DNA of 59,159 bases, counting the filler. It is 4 parts of 4 records of this genome, joined end to end, with 100 filler letters (N's around TTAATTAATTAA, not from the genome) between each part and the next. Parts side by side here need not be neighbours in the genome. Positions count along the whole stretch, not along the records: positions 1 to 14,827 come from SRR22947727_3388; positions 14,928 to 29,924 come from SRR22947727_3389; 2 more parts are not named here. One strand, written 5' to 3'. Position 1 is the first letter of the stretch, and each line of letters opens with the position of its first letter. This document shows, piece by piece, positions 10,570 to 19,816 of this stretch. The translations under genes and the position numbers were made by a program. A model generated the notes under the pieces. That model saw nothing but the letters and a program-made list of their open reading frames with translations, did not search any database and was not told where the DNA came from.

Positions 10570-10734
10570 TCCAACTCGCTCCAAGGCCAAGGGCGCAGTT
10601 CGCTGGCAGCTGTTTGATAGCGGGCGGCCTTGGCAATCACCGTCGGCTTTTGGCCTAGCCATGGTGAAACACGTTCATAATTCCACAAAGTCCAATTGAA
10701 CGTCGCTTTATATCAATAATTTGTGGCTTTGCGC

Positions 10735-11721
10735 TTATGTTAAGTCGGTGCCAATGGCCAGTACAGTGTCAATTGCTTCTTGGGTTCCGCGCGCCTGCTC
10801 GAGGGTCCAAGGATAGGCAGCGCCATTGCGAATGCTGTGGCCAAAGGCCTCTACTTGATTGACATAGTGATTGGCTGCGGGAAACTTCTCAACCCGCAGG
10901 CCCAAATTCGGTTGGTGCAATTCAATGCGCGCCTCGCCGAAAATATTGGCATTGAAAGGCGCAGTGAGACGCAATAGCCCTTCAGATCCATGAAACACCA
11001 TCTCTTGATGCGGATGCATGCGCGTGGAGACATAAGCCGAATAGGTCGCCTCTCCCATATTGCCTTGCGTCGAAGCAAAAGTGTCAAAACCACTTTCCCA
11101 ACGAATTTTAGCGGAAATATTTTCAAGATCTGCGCCCATGACATAGCGGGCCGATCCCAGCACATAGACTCCGATGTCGCGCATCCCGCCACCGCCTGTG
11201 GCCGCCTGGTTGCGAATATTTTGCGGATCATCGGAATTGTCATAGGAAAATCCGCCAGTGATATGGATCACCCGGCCAATCGCGCCATCGGCCACCATTT
11301 GCCGCGCGCGCTGCCATTGTGGATGGTGCACAATCATATAAGCCTCAGCCGCCAAAAGCCCAGACGCATCGCGGGCGGCGATTAACCTGTCAAAGTCATC
11401 GGCTTGCATCGCAATGGGTTTTTCCGCCAACACATGTTTGCCCGCATTGAGCGCCTTTACGGTCCACTCAACATGCATGTGATGCGGCAGGGGAATATAG
11501 ATCGCATCAATGTCAGGATCTGCGATGAGAGCGTCATAGCCCATAACCTCTCGGCATCCGGCGGCGAAGTCCTTAAACGGGGCAACGCTCTGCGGGGTGC
11601 GACTGGCGACAGCCGCTAAAACCGCCCCCTTGGCCGCATGAATGGCCGGACCCATGTGTTCACGCGCAAATTTTGACGCCCCAAGAATACCCCAACGGAT
11701 CTGTGTCATGCGAGCCCCCAT
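10735..11721 (-). CDS. Gfo/Idh/MocA family oxidoreductase
   Basis: IRWGILGAS, GKHVLAEKP, GGGGMRDIGVY; start may be 11709. Confidence 0.9.
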   Translation of the reverse strand: MGARMTQIRWGILGASKFAREHMGPAIHAAKGAVLAAVASRTPQSVAPFKDFAAGCREVMGYDALIADPDIDAIYIPLPHHMHVEWTVKALNAGKHVLAEKPIAMQADDFDRLIAARDASGLLAAEAYMIVHHPQWQRARQMVADGAIGRVIHITGGFSYDNSDDPQNIRNQAATGGGGMRDIGVYVLGSARYVMGADLENISAKIRWESGFDTFASTQGNMGEATYSAYVSTRMHPHQEMVFHGSEGLLRLTAPFNANIFGEARIELHQPNLGLRVEKFPAANHYVNQVEAFGHSIRNGAAYPWTLEQARGTQEAIDTVLAIGTDLT

Positions 11722-11758
11722 TCATGCCAGTTCGCCCTAGGATAGCGCGAAGACGGCA

Positions 11759-11783
11759 GCCCTGCCAGCGAAAATGGCAGGGC
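11759..11783. terminator. Perfect 9-bp GC-rich hairpin downstream of rpoH (possible terminator or stabiliser)
   Basis: GCCCTGCCA-N7-TGGCAGGGC; no clear U-tract on the rpoH strand. Confidence 0.4.
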
Positions 11784-11801
11784 AAGAGGCACGGTTTGGC
11801 G

Positions 11802-12698
11802 TCACAACTCGCGCAGCAGGCCCTTTTCCTGCGCCAATTCACGCATACGGTTTTGCAGCTTTTCAAACGCCCGCACTTCAATCTGGCGAATTCGCTCGCG
11901 GCTCACGTCATATTGGCTTGACAGCTCCTCCAAGGTCACCGGCTGATCGTGCAAGCGACGTTGGGTGATAATGTCCTTTTCGCGGTCGTTCAAAACGCTC
12001 ATCGCCTCAGCCAGCATGTCGCGACGCACAGACATCTCATCATCGCGCTCATAATCGCCCGCTTGATCGGCATCCTCATCTTGCAGCCAATCTTGCCACT
12101 GTGTCGCGCTTTCGCCGTCGCTGCCGACCATGACATTCAAAGAGGCATCGCCCCCAGACATCCGGCGGTTCATCGACTGCACTTCGGTTTCAGTCACGCC
12201 CAGATCAGTCGCGATGCGGGCAACCTGTTCGGGCCGCAAGTCCCCATCATCATAAGCGCCAATCCGCGATTTTGCCTTGCGGAGATTGAAAAACAGCTTC
12301 TTTTGTCCGGACGTGGTACCCATTTTCACCAAGGACCAAGAGCGCAGCACATATTCTTGAATGCTCGCCCGGATCCACCACATCGCATATGTGGCCAAGC
12401 GGAAGCCTTTTTCCGGGTCAAACTTCTTGACGGCCTGCATCAAGCCGACATTGGCCTCCGAGATGACCTCCGCCTGCGGCAGCCCATAGCCACGATAGCC
12501 CATGGCGATTTTAGCCGCCAAACGCAGGTGGCTCGTCACCAACTTATGCGCCGCACCGCTGTCTTGCCGCTCCACCCAAGCCTTGGCCAACATATACTCC
12601 TCTTCCGGCTCCAGCATTGGGAATTTGCGGATATCCTGCATATAGCGGTTCAATCCCCCATCCGGCGTTGGTGCAGGTAAATTTGCGTAATTTGCCAT
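11802..12698 (-). CDS. rpoH: RNA polymerase sigma-32 factor
   Basis: FDPEKGFRLATYAMWWIRA, RpoH box QKKLFFNLRK, region 4 VSRERIRQIE. Confidence 0.96.
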   Translation of the reverse strand: MANYANLPAPTPDGGLNRYMQDIRKFPMLEPEEEYMLAKAWVERQDSGAAHKLVTSHLRLAAKIAMGYRGYGLPQAEVISEANVGLMQAVKKFDPEKGFRLATYAMWWIRASIQEYVLRSWSLVKMGTTSGQKKLFFNLRKAKSRIGAYDDGDLRPEQVARIATDLGVTETEVQSMNRRMSGGDASLNVMVGSDGESATQWQDWLQDEDADQAGDYERDDEMSVRRDMLAEAMSVLNDREKDIITQRRLHDQPVTLEELSSQYDVSRERIRQIEVRAFEKLQNRMRELAQEKGLLREL

Positions 12699-12741
12699 CG
12701 TGCTCCCTTTATGTTCAGTCCCATGTATATGGGCTTAACAT

Positions 12742-12772
12742 AGATATGCGTGCGCCTTCGCCCCGTTTCAAG
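12742..12772 (-). promoter_or_regulatory. Candidate RpoH-dependent promoter upstream of rpoH
   Basis: Minus strand CTTGAA-N16-CGCATATCT resembles the alphaproteobacterial RpoH consensus CTTGAA-N~16-CCTATAT. Confidence 0.55.
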
Positions 12773-12825
12773 AGGGCGGCGCGTTATTATTCATTTTCGG
12801 CAATAAATGGGCGGCGCACCGGCCG

Positions 12826-13824
12826 CTACACGCTCAAAAGCGCAATCAAACCCTGCATATCCGCAGGCAATGGACTCGTATAGCGCAGCGCCCGGCCGGT
12901 GATCGGGTGTTTGAACCCCAAGAACCCCGCATGCAGGGCCTGCCTTGGGAAGGCGGCGACCTGTTCGGTATACTCCCCAGCCAATTTGCGTTTGCGGCTA
13001 TAGGTCTGATCACCAAGCAAAGCATGGCCCGCATAGGACATATGGACCCGAATTTGATGGGTGCGGCCAGTCTCCAATTTACATTCCACCACCGCGGCAG
13101 CGCCGCCGGCCAATTCTTGTATCACCCGCACGCGGGTCACAGCATGTTTACCATTTTGCAGCACAACCGCTTGGCGTTGCCGGTCCGTCTTATGGCGGGC
13201 CAATTGGGTTGTGATTTTGAGCTGATTGCCCGCCTCAAATGACGTGCCGGCCAGGCCCATGAGTCGAGGATCTCCCGCAGAGGGCACGCCAAAACACACC
13301 GCAGTGTAAAGCCGTTCAATGCTGTGATCCAGAAATTGATCCGCCAAACCTTGATGGGCCGCATCAGATTTGGCCACCACCAAAAGCCCACTGGTGTCTT
13401 TATCAATCCGGTGCACAATCCCAGGACGCCTCATCCCGCCCACACCAGAAAGATTTTCGCCGCAATGGGCCAAAAGCGCATTGACCAAGGTTCCGGAAGG
13501 CGTTCCCGGTGCCGGATGCACAACCATGCCGGCCGGCTTATTGACCACAATCAAGTCGTCATCTTCAAACAAAACCTCGAGCGGAATATCTTCCGGCAGC
13601 ATATGGCTTTTCACCGCTTCGGGCACACGAATGACAATATCATCGCCCTCTTGCACCCGGGCTTTTTGATCGGTCACAACAACGCCATTCACCTCAACCG
13701 TGCCTTCGGCGATCATGCGCGACAGGCGCGACCGGCTAATGGCACGCTCTGGCACATTCCGCGCCAAGGCTTTATCAAGGCGCGGCGGAGGGTTTTCTCC
13801 AATGGTAAAAAGGACATCAGTCAT
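12826..13824 (-). CDS. rluD: RluA/RluD family 23S rRNA pseudouridine synthase
   Basis: N-terminal S4, NKPAGMVVHP, catalytic HRIDKDTSG, LETGRTHQIRVH, RQALHA. Confidence 0.92.
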   Translation of the reverse strand: MTDVLFTIGENPPPRLDKALARNVPERAISRSRLSRMIAEGTVEVNGVVVTDQKARVQEGDDIVIRVPEAVKSHMLPEDIPLEVLFEDDDLIVVNKPAGMVVHPAPGTPSGTLVNALLAHCGENLSGVGGMRRPGIVHRIDKDTSGLLVVAKSDAAHQGLADQFLDHSIERLYTAVCFGVPSAGDPRLMGLAGTSFEAGNQLKITTQLARHKTDRQRQAVVLQNGKHAVTRVRVIQELAGGAAAVVECKLETGRTHQIRVHMSYAGHALLGDQTYSRKRKLAGEYTEQVAAFPRQALHAGFLGFKHPITGRALRYTSPLPADMQGLIALLSV

Positions 13825-14128
13825 GGCAGATCAATCTGAGGTTCCGGCAAATCCAACTGAACCGGCGAATTTGCGGTTTTTAAGGCGGCTGGTCACAACG
13901 CTCACAGCCACCATGATTGTGGGTCTCTTAGCGATCTTTACGGTGCTTGTCATCCGCTTGCAGAGCCCTGTTGCAATTTTCCCTGAAATCACCGCTCTGC
14001 CCGAGGGGACCCAGGTGCTCTCAGTCAGCCGCACAGCCAATGAATTGATCGTGATCGACCAAAATCGCAAGATTTACCTGCTCAGTCTAGATGGTGAAAA
14101 ACTCCTACATATGCAGGCCTTGCCCTAG
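13823..14128 (+). CDS. Small membrane-anchored protein (DUF6476-like)
   Basis: EPANLRFLRRLVTTLTATMIVGL..VIRL single TM then small beta-rich domain; divergent from rluD. Confidence 0.7.
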   Translation: MADQSEVPANPTEPANLRFLRRLVTTLTATMIVGLLAIFTVLVIRLQSPVAIFPEITALPEGTQVLSVSRTANELIVIDQNRKIYLLSLDGEKLLHMQALP

Positions 14129-14306
14129 GCCCAGCGCCGGGCAGAAGCTTGGTTGTGAAAAACAGCGCTCCAAGCATCAGCGTGGTGCTGACAATGATCA
14201 CCGATAAGAATGATTTCACCGGCCCAGGCAGCCCCCGGTACAGATCATCCCAAATTCCAATTACTCGATTTTCGACGCCTTTGTGCAGTACTTTTTTTTG
14301 AGTCAT
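14082..14306 (-). CDS. Small hypothetical membrane protein
   Basis: 74-aa ORF with one hydrophobic helix; AAAGGA upstream; overlaps the 3' end of the convergent gene. Confidence 0.4.
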   Translation of the reverse strand: MTQKKVLHKGVENRVIGIWDDLYRGLPGPVKSFLSVIIVSTTLMLGALFFTTKLLPGAGPRARPAYVGVFHHLD

Positions 14307-14624
14307 TTTTTCCTTTTGAAGTTTTAATGATGCGAAGCCACCCGCAATCCAGCCCTACATTCCAGAAGCTTGAGCTAATTTTTTAGGGGATTAGCGATTG
14401 GGCTTTGTCATCGCGCAAATCCTGCAAGAGCTGTATTATGAAAAGTTAAATAGGCAGAACGCCTGCCTAAGCCGGGCCCGACTGGCCCATCTCATATGCC
14501 TAAGCCTGCAATTTTTTTTCACCGTTCGCGGATCACGCCCGGGGGCCAATGGGCCAGGCAATCTTGCCAAAGCGCAGTTTGGCGATCATTCTAGGCGCAT
14601 CGCTGCGTGAAATAGGGTATGTAC

Positions 14625-14827
14625 ATGTCAAAATATATCGAAGTTCAAAACCGGCTCAGGCAAATCTTAGAGCGGGCAGATGTAGGCGACAGGGTCAGCC
14701 GAAACATCGACTTATTCCTCATGGCTTTGGTTGTCGTCAACATCATCTCCATCACCTTGGAATCTGTGCCTCGGTTCTAAGCCGCCTATAAATTACTGTT
14801 TACATGGATAGAAATAATCAGCGTGGG
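14625..14827 (+). pseudogene. N-terminus of an ion-transport (Kv-like) channel gene with in-frame TAA, truncated by contig end
   Basis: MSKYIEVQNRLRQILE...IDLFLMALVVVNIISITLESVPRF*AAYKLLFTWIEIISV resembles S1-S2 of Ion_trans; TAA at 14778-14780. Confidence 0.55.
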
Positions 14828-14927
14828 NNNNNNNNNNNNNNNNNNNNNNNNNNNNNNNNNNNNNNNNNNNNTTAATTAATTAANNNNNNNNNNNNNNNNN
14901 NNNNNNNNNNNNNNNNNNNNNNNNNNN
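14828..14927. other. Artificial contig linker
   Basis: 44 N + TTAATTAATTAA + 44 N. Confidence 0.99.
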
Positions 14928-15119
14928 CGCTACGCGTTATTTGAACAAGCGGAAACGATGCTCATGGAAGAGATGCCGATCATTCCCATTTATACCTATA
15001 CCAGTAAGCATTTGATCCACCCCAGCGTAGAGGGTTTGCACTCGAATCTGATGGATTCACTGAACTTGAAATACGTCAAACTCATTCCGGGCAGGACGCT
15101 CCCCGGGGCACTCCGCTAA
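14928..15119 (+). CDS. oppA: Peptide ABC transporter substrate-binding protein, C-terminal fragment
   Basis: RYALFEQAETMLMEEMPIIPIYTY...; TAATG overlap with oppB. Confidence 0.8.
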   Translation, partial: RYALFEQAETMLMEEMPIIPIYTYTSKHLIHPSVEGLHSNLMDSLNLKYVKLIPGRTLPGALR

Positions 15120-16057
15120 TGCTGCGCTTTTTGTTGGTCCGCATACTGCAAGCCTTACCCGTTATCTTTGTGGTGATCACCGCCACCTTTTTTTTGGTGC
15201 GCTCAGCACCGGGCGGCCCTTTTGACCAAGAGAAGGTGGTGATTCCTGAAGTCAGGGCAGCGCTTGAGGCGCAATATCGATTAGACCTGCCGCTGCATGA
15301 GCAATATTTTGCGTACTTGGGCGATCTCGCTCAGGGTGACTTGGGGCCATCGTTTAAGTACCCCGGTCGCAGCGTGAACGAAATCCTGTTCGCCGGCCTG
15401 CCCGTCACTGCGGAGCTGGGACTTTATGCACTGATCATCGCCCTCGTTATCGGGGTGACCGCCGGCGTATTCGCGTCGTTAAAACCCAATACCGCGCAAG
15501 ACTATATTCCAATGAGCCTGGCGATGATTGGTATTTGCATGCCGTCATTTTTATTAGGGCCCTTATTGGTCCTCATTTTTGGTATTTGGTTGGATTGGCT
15601 GCCGATTACCGGCTGGGGGGATATCCCCGGCGATAAGATACTGCCGGCCGTCACACTGGGGTCCGCATACGCCGCCTATATTGCCCGCCTTAGTCGCGCC
15701 GGCATGCTCGAGATTCTCTCTCAGGACTATATTCGCACCGCACGGGCTAAGGGGCTGCCAGAATGGCGCGTTGTTACCCAGCATGCCCTGAGAGGGGGAT
15801 TGATTCCGGTCATTGCGTTCCTCGGACCGGCCTTTGCAGGACTGCTGGCGGGGTCTTTTGTGGTGGAAACCATTTTTCAAATTCCCGGGCTAGGACGATT
15901 TTATGTGCAAGCCGCCTTTAATCGGGACTACACCATGATTTTAGGTACCACTGTGTTCCTATCTACGCTGATCGTATTCTTTAATCTCGTCAGTGATGTG
16001 GTCGCCGCATGGCTCAATCCAAGACTCAGACAGCAGTTCAAAGGGGGTAGCGCATGA
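15119..16057 (+). CDS. oppB: Oligopeptide ABC permease
   Basis: APGGPFD, GDLGPSFKY, DYIRTARAKGL EAA loop, VETIFQIPGLGR. Confidence 0.92.
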   Translation: MLRFLLVRILQALPVIFVVITATFFLVRSAPGGPFDQEKVVIPEVRAALEAQYRLDLPLHEQYFAYLGDLAQGDLGPSFKYPGRSVNEILFAGLPVTAELGLYALIIALVIGVTAGVFASLKPNTAQDYIPMSLAMIGICMPSFLLGPLLVLIFGIWLDWLPITGWGDIPGDKILPAVTLGSAYAAYIARLSRAGMLEILSQDYIRTARAKGLPEWRVVTQHALRGGLIPVIAFLGPAFAGLLAGSFVVETIFQIPGLGRFYVQAAFNRDYTMILGTTVFLSTLIVFFNLVSDVVAAWLNPRLRQQFKGGSA

Positions 16058-16941
16058 ATACCGTGTCATCCCCTGCATTTGACGCTATCGAGCAAGGCTC
16101 GTCGCTGTGGCACGATGCGTGGCTCAGACTGCGCAAAAACAAATTGGCGCTGTTGGGCGGCGCAGTGCTGTTGTTCATGATTGTCATCGCCCTGCTCACC
16201 CCGTGGATCGCGCCCTATAGCTACGAAGCACAAAACCTCGATTTAGGCGCCTCACCGCCCTCGGCAGCGCACTGGCTCGGTACTGATATCTTTGGCCGAG
16301 ACCTGCTCACACAGGTGATGTATGGAGGCCGCATCTCACTCGCAGTGGGCTTCATTGCCACCGCAGTCGCACTCCTGATCGGCGTCACGTGGGGCGCCAT
16401 CGCCGGCTACGTCGGCGGCCGCGTCGATGCCATCATGATGCGCTTGGTCGACATTCTTTACGCCCTGCCCTTTATGATCTTCATCGTGCTGTTAATGGTG
16501 GTGTTTGGCCGCAATATTCTGTTGCTGTTTTTGGCAATCGGCGCAGTCGAGTGGTTGACGATGGCGCGTATCATGCGCTCTCAAGTTCAGTCGCTACGAC
16601 AGCAAGAGTTTGTCGAGGCGGCCGTGTCGGTGGGTTTATCGCCGGCAACCATTATCCGCAAACACATCGTGCCCAACGCCTTAGGCCCGATTATTGTGTA
16701 TACCACCCTCACCATTCCCAGTGTGATGCTGCTCGAAGCCTTTTTAAGCTTTCTCGGTCTAGGCATCCAGCCCCCCGCCACCTCCTGGGGGCTGCTCATT
16801 AGCTACGGCGCCGAAACGATGGAAGAGTACCCCTGGCTGCTGATTTTTCCCGGTTGCGCCCTAACCCTGACGCTCTTTTCACTGAATTTTCTGGGCGACG
16901 GTTTGCGCGATGCGCTAGATGTTCGTGGATCTAAGGACTAA
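16054..16941 (+). CDS. oppC: Oligopeptide ABC permease
   Basis: HWLGTDIFGRD, EFVEAA, LSFLGLG, NFLGDGLRDALD. Confidence 0.92.
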   Translation: MNTVSSPAFDAIEQGSSLWHDAWLRLRKNKLALLGGAVLLFMIVIALLTPWIAPYSYEAQNLDLGASPPSAAHWLGTDIFGRDLLTQVMYGGRISLAVGFIATAVALLIGVTWGAIAGYVGGRVDAIMMRLVDILYALPFMIFIVLLMVVFGRNILLLFLAIGAVEWLTMARIMRSQVQSLRQQEFVEAAVSVGLSPATIIRKHIVPNALGPIIVYTTLTIPSVMLLEAFLSFLGLGIQPPATSWGLLISYGAETMEEYPWLLIFPGCALTLTLFSLNFLGDGLRDALDVRGSKD

Positions 16942-16944
16942 GCC

Positions 16945-18531
16945 ATGAGCCTACTCAAAGTCGATCATTTATCCGTGAGTTTCGTGACGCGTAATGGTAC
17001 CAATCAAGCAGTGGACGACGTGAGCTTTTCGGTCGAGCCGCGACAAATCACGGCCATCATTGGCGAGAGCGGTTCTGGCAAGTCGGTCTCTTGTTACGCC
17101 ATGCTCGGTCTTGTCCCAAGTCCTCCGGGGCGAATTGATGGCGGCAGCGCGATGTTTCAAGGGCAAGACTTACTGTCGCTGTCTGAATCGGAGCTGCGTG
17201 CCATTCGCGGACGCGATATCGCGATGATCTTTCAGGACCCGATGACCTGTTTGAATCCCTTTATGCGAATTGGCGATCAGCTGATCGAGCCACTCACTCT
17301 GCATCGCGGGCTCGACAAAAAATCGGCGCAAGAACGTGCCACAGAGCTCCTTGATGAAGTGGGTATTCGTGACCCTCAAGGGGCCATGCGCGCCTTCCCT
17401 CACGAGTTCTCAGGCGGCATGCGCCAGCGGGTGATGATTGCGATGGCGCTCATTAATGAACCCAAGCTGCTGATCGCAGATGAGCCGACCACCGCTTTAG
17501 ACGTGACGATTCAAGCGCAGATCCTCAAGCTGATTGCCGAACTGCAGCATAAACGCGATATCGGCGTGTTGTTGATCAGCCATGATCTGGCAGTCGTTTC
17601 TGACATTGCCGATCAGATCGTGGTGATGGAACAGGGAAAGGTCGTCGAGCATGGCAGTCCACAAGCCATCTTTAATAACGCCCAGCATCCTTACACACAA
17701 AAACTACTCGCCGCGATTCCCAGTGGCCAAAAAATCGCTGATGCCGTCACCGCCGAGCCCCTCATCCGAATTCAGCACTTAAAAACCTGGTTCACGCCCA
17801 ACGAGGGCTCAGAGCCCGTGAAAGCGGTGGATGATGTGTCCCTCGAGATCCATCGGGGGGAGGTGCTGGGATTAGTGGGCGAATCGGGTAGCGGCAAGTC
17901 CACCTTAGGCCGATCGCTGCTGCGCTTAGTGCCACTGACTGACGGTCAAATCGACTTTGACGGCACAACGCTGAGCGCGCTGCAGGGCAAGCCACTGAAG
18001 CAGTTTCGTCATCGCATGCAGATGATTTTTCAGGATCCCTATGCCTCTCTGAATCCACGAATGACCGTGTATGACACGCTGGCCGAGCCGCTGCTGTTGC
18101 ACAAGCTGGTGAGCAAGACCGGCCTCGATCAGGCCATTCGCGAACTGATGGATAACGTGGGCCTGGCGCGCGCCTTTGTGCGCAAGTATCCCCACGAGTT
18201 TTCGGGGGGGCAGCGCCAACGTATTGCGATTGGCCGCGCACTCGCGACGCGACCGGAGTTTATGGTCGCAGACGAACCCGTGTCAGCGCTGGATGTCACG
18301 ATTCAGGCACAGATTCTCGACCTGCTCGCCGATCTGACCAAAGAGTACGGATTGACCATGCTGTTTATCTCGCATGATCTGGCGGTGATTCGCCAAATCG
18401 CAGATCGCATCGCAGTGATGTACCACGGCAAGCTCGTTGAGGAGGGTCCGACCGCACAAGTTTTCGACTCGCCGAGCGCAGACTACACCCGCTCTCTACT
18501 GGCAGCGATCCCAGGCGCACACGCCGCGTAG
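16945..18531 (+). CDS. Peptide ABC transporter ATP-binding protein with two fused ATPase domains (OppD/F-like)
   Basis: Two GESGSGKS Walker A motifs and two PHEFSGG.RQR signatures. Confidence 0.92.
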   Translation: MSLLKVDHLSVSFVTRNGTNQAVDDVSFSVEPRQITAIIGESGSGKSVSCYAMLGLVPSPPGRIDGGSAMFQGQDLLSLSESELRAIRGRDIAMIFQDPMTCLNPFMRIGDQLIEPLTLHRGLDKKSAQERATELLDEVGIRDPQGAMRAFPHEFSGGMRQRVMIAMALINEPKLLIADEPTTALDVTIQAQILKLIAELQHKRDIGVLLISHDLAVVSDIADQIVVMEQGKVVEHGSPQAIFNNAQHPYTQKLLAAIPSGQKIADAVTAEPLIRIQHLKTWFTPNEGSEPVKAVDDVSLEIHRGEVLGLVGESGSGKSTLGRSLLRLVPLTDGQIDFDGTTLSALQGKPLKQFRHRMQMIFQDPYASLNPRMTVYDTLAEPLLLHKLVSKTGLDQAIRELMDNVGLARAFVRKYPHEFSGGQRQRIAIGRALATRPEFMVADEPVSALDVTIQAQILDLLADLTKEYGLTMLFISHDLAVIRQIADRIAVMYHGKLVEEGPTAQVFDSPSADYTRSLLAAIPGAHAA

Positions 18532-18740
18532 CACAGTAAACTGGCACGAGACACCACCCCTATCAGTAGACACAACCCAATGGCACTGGATACAACACAG
18601 TGACACTCCACAGTGAAACTAGACAACATACAGTGACACTAGCCTTACCCACTGGTAATGGGCAAACCCCAGTGGCGCTCGACACCACTCAATAGCACTC
18701 GGCATCACACAGCGTTACTCGGCGAGGTGCAGTGGCGTAG
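18532..18740. repeat. Degenerate ~20-bp tandem repeat array, about 9-10 units
   Basis: e.g. GACACAACCCAATGGCACTG, GATACAACACAGTGACACTC, GACAACATACAGTGACACTA, GGCAAACCCCAGTGGCGCTC, GACACCACTCAATAGCACTC, GGCATCACACAGCGTTACTC. Confidence 0.7.
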
Positions 18741-18791
18741 GAAAAGTGGCGGACCCACCTCCTTGACCGGGTGGGAGGCACTGAGCCCAGG

Positions 18792-19565
18792 TTACAACGT
18801 GAACCCTGAGTCCAGTGTGACCAGCTGGCCGGTGACAAAATCGGAGCCCGTGATCAGCGAGATAATCGTATCGGCCACATCCGCAGGCGTCACAACATGC
18901 CCCAGCGCAGTTTGCTCTGCGAACATTTTTTTCAGCCCCTCGTATTGCTCAGCATCGCCACCACCCCAAGTATTAAAAGCCCAGTCACCATCGATTAAAC
19001 CCGGCAGTACCGCATTGACGCGGATTTTCTTTTTACCAAGGGTTTTCGCAAGGGTGCGAGTGAGACTGTTCATGCCCGCCTTTGAGGCACAGTAAGCAAT
19101 GGAGCTTCCTGCGGCGGTGGTACTCGCGATGCTCGAGGTCATCACGATCTCGCCCCCTCCCGCCGCCTCGATATGCGTTGCAGCTTCGCGCGACATCATA
19201 AAGGCGCCAATCAGATTCACGCGTAAGGTCTTGAGCCAAATCTCTTCGGTCAGCGCGTCGAGTTGATCATGGGGAACAAAGGTCGTGGTGCCCGCGTTAT
19301 TCACTAGCATATCGAGTTGACCAAAGTGCTCGATGGTCGCCGCCACTAACCGTTTGCAATCTGCCTCTTCTGAGACATCGGCCTGTATCGCAATCGCCTG
19401 ACCACCCGCAGCGAGCACTTGCGCTACCACTGCCTCAGCTGCCTCGGCAGAGCGGCTGTAATTCACCACCACGCGTGCCCCCATAGCAGAGAGTTTACTG
19501 GCTAGCGCGGCGCCCACACCTGAGCTGGCACCTGTGATCAACACAACCCGATCGGTTACCTTCAT
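18792..19565 (-). CDS. Short-chain dehydrogenase/reductase
   Basis: TGASSGVG, NNAG, catalytic YCASK, VNAVLPG. Confidence 0.93.
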   Translation of the reverse strand: MKVTDRVVLITGASSGVGAALASKLSAMGARVVVNYSRSAEAAEAVVAQVLAAGGQAIAIQADVSEEADCKRLVAATIEHFGQLDMLVNNAGTTTFVPHDQLDALTEEIWLKTLRVNLIGAFMMSREAATHIEAAGGGEIVMTSSIASTTAAGSSIAYCASKAGMNSLTRTLAKTLGKKKIRVNAVLPGLIDGDWAFNTWGGGDAEQYEGLKKMFAEQTALGHVVTPADVADTIISLITGSDFVTGQLVTLDSGFTL

Positions 19566-19816
19566 TTCTTGATTCCTTTAATCTTTCATCTACGTGTGTT
19601 CACTTGACGCGGTGACACCCTGCAGTTAGATGGCCACTCTGACAAAAGCGGACACCGTTAAGCGCCAATCGCGTCCGCCGCCGTTTGGCGTCAGCACGCC
19701 AATGCATGCCTGAGCCTGACGATGCTCAGCCACGCTGCCTCAGCGGGTGTGCCGCCGTGGGCGCCTATTCTTCAGCGTAGCGCGCTGCGTATCAGTCCGG
19801 CTTCACCCTCGCCGAG

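Noticed and set aside
10570..10734. Short inverted repeats (CCAAGGCC/GGCCTTGG, CCACAAA/TTTGTGG) between pepF and the oxidoreductase
   Set aside because: Short arms with long loops; not distinguishable from chance
14872..14883. TTAATTAATTAA present three times, as a possible biological repeat or att site
   Set aside because: Always centred in identical N padding; it is an artificial six-frame-stop linker
18532..18740. Possible CRISPR array
   Set aside because: Units are contiguous and degenerate with no unique spacers, and no cas genes are present
18658..19095. 145-aa plus-strand ORF
   Set aside because: Mostly antisense to the SDR gene, with no recognisable motifs
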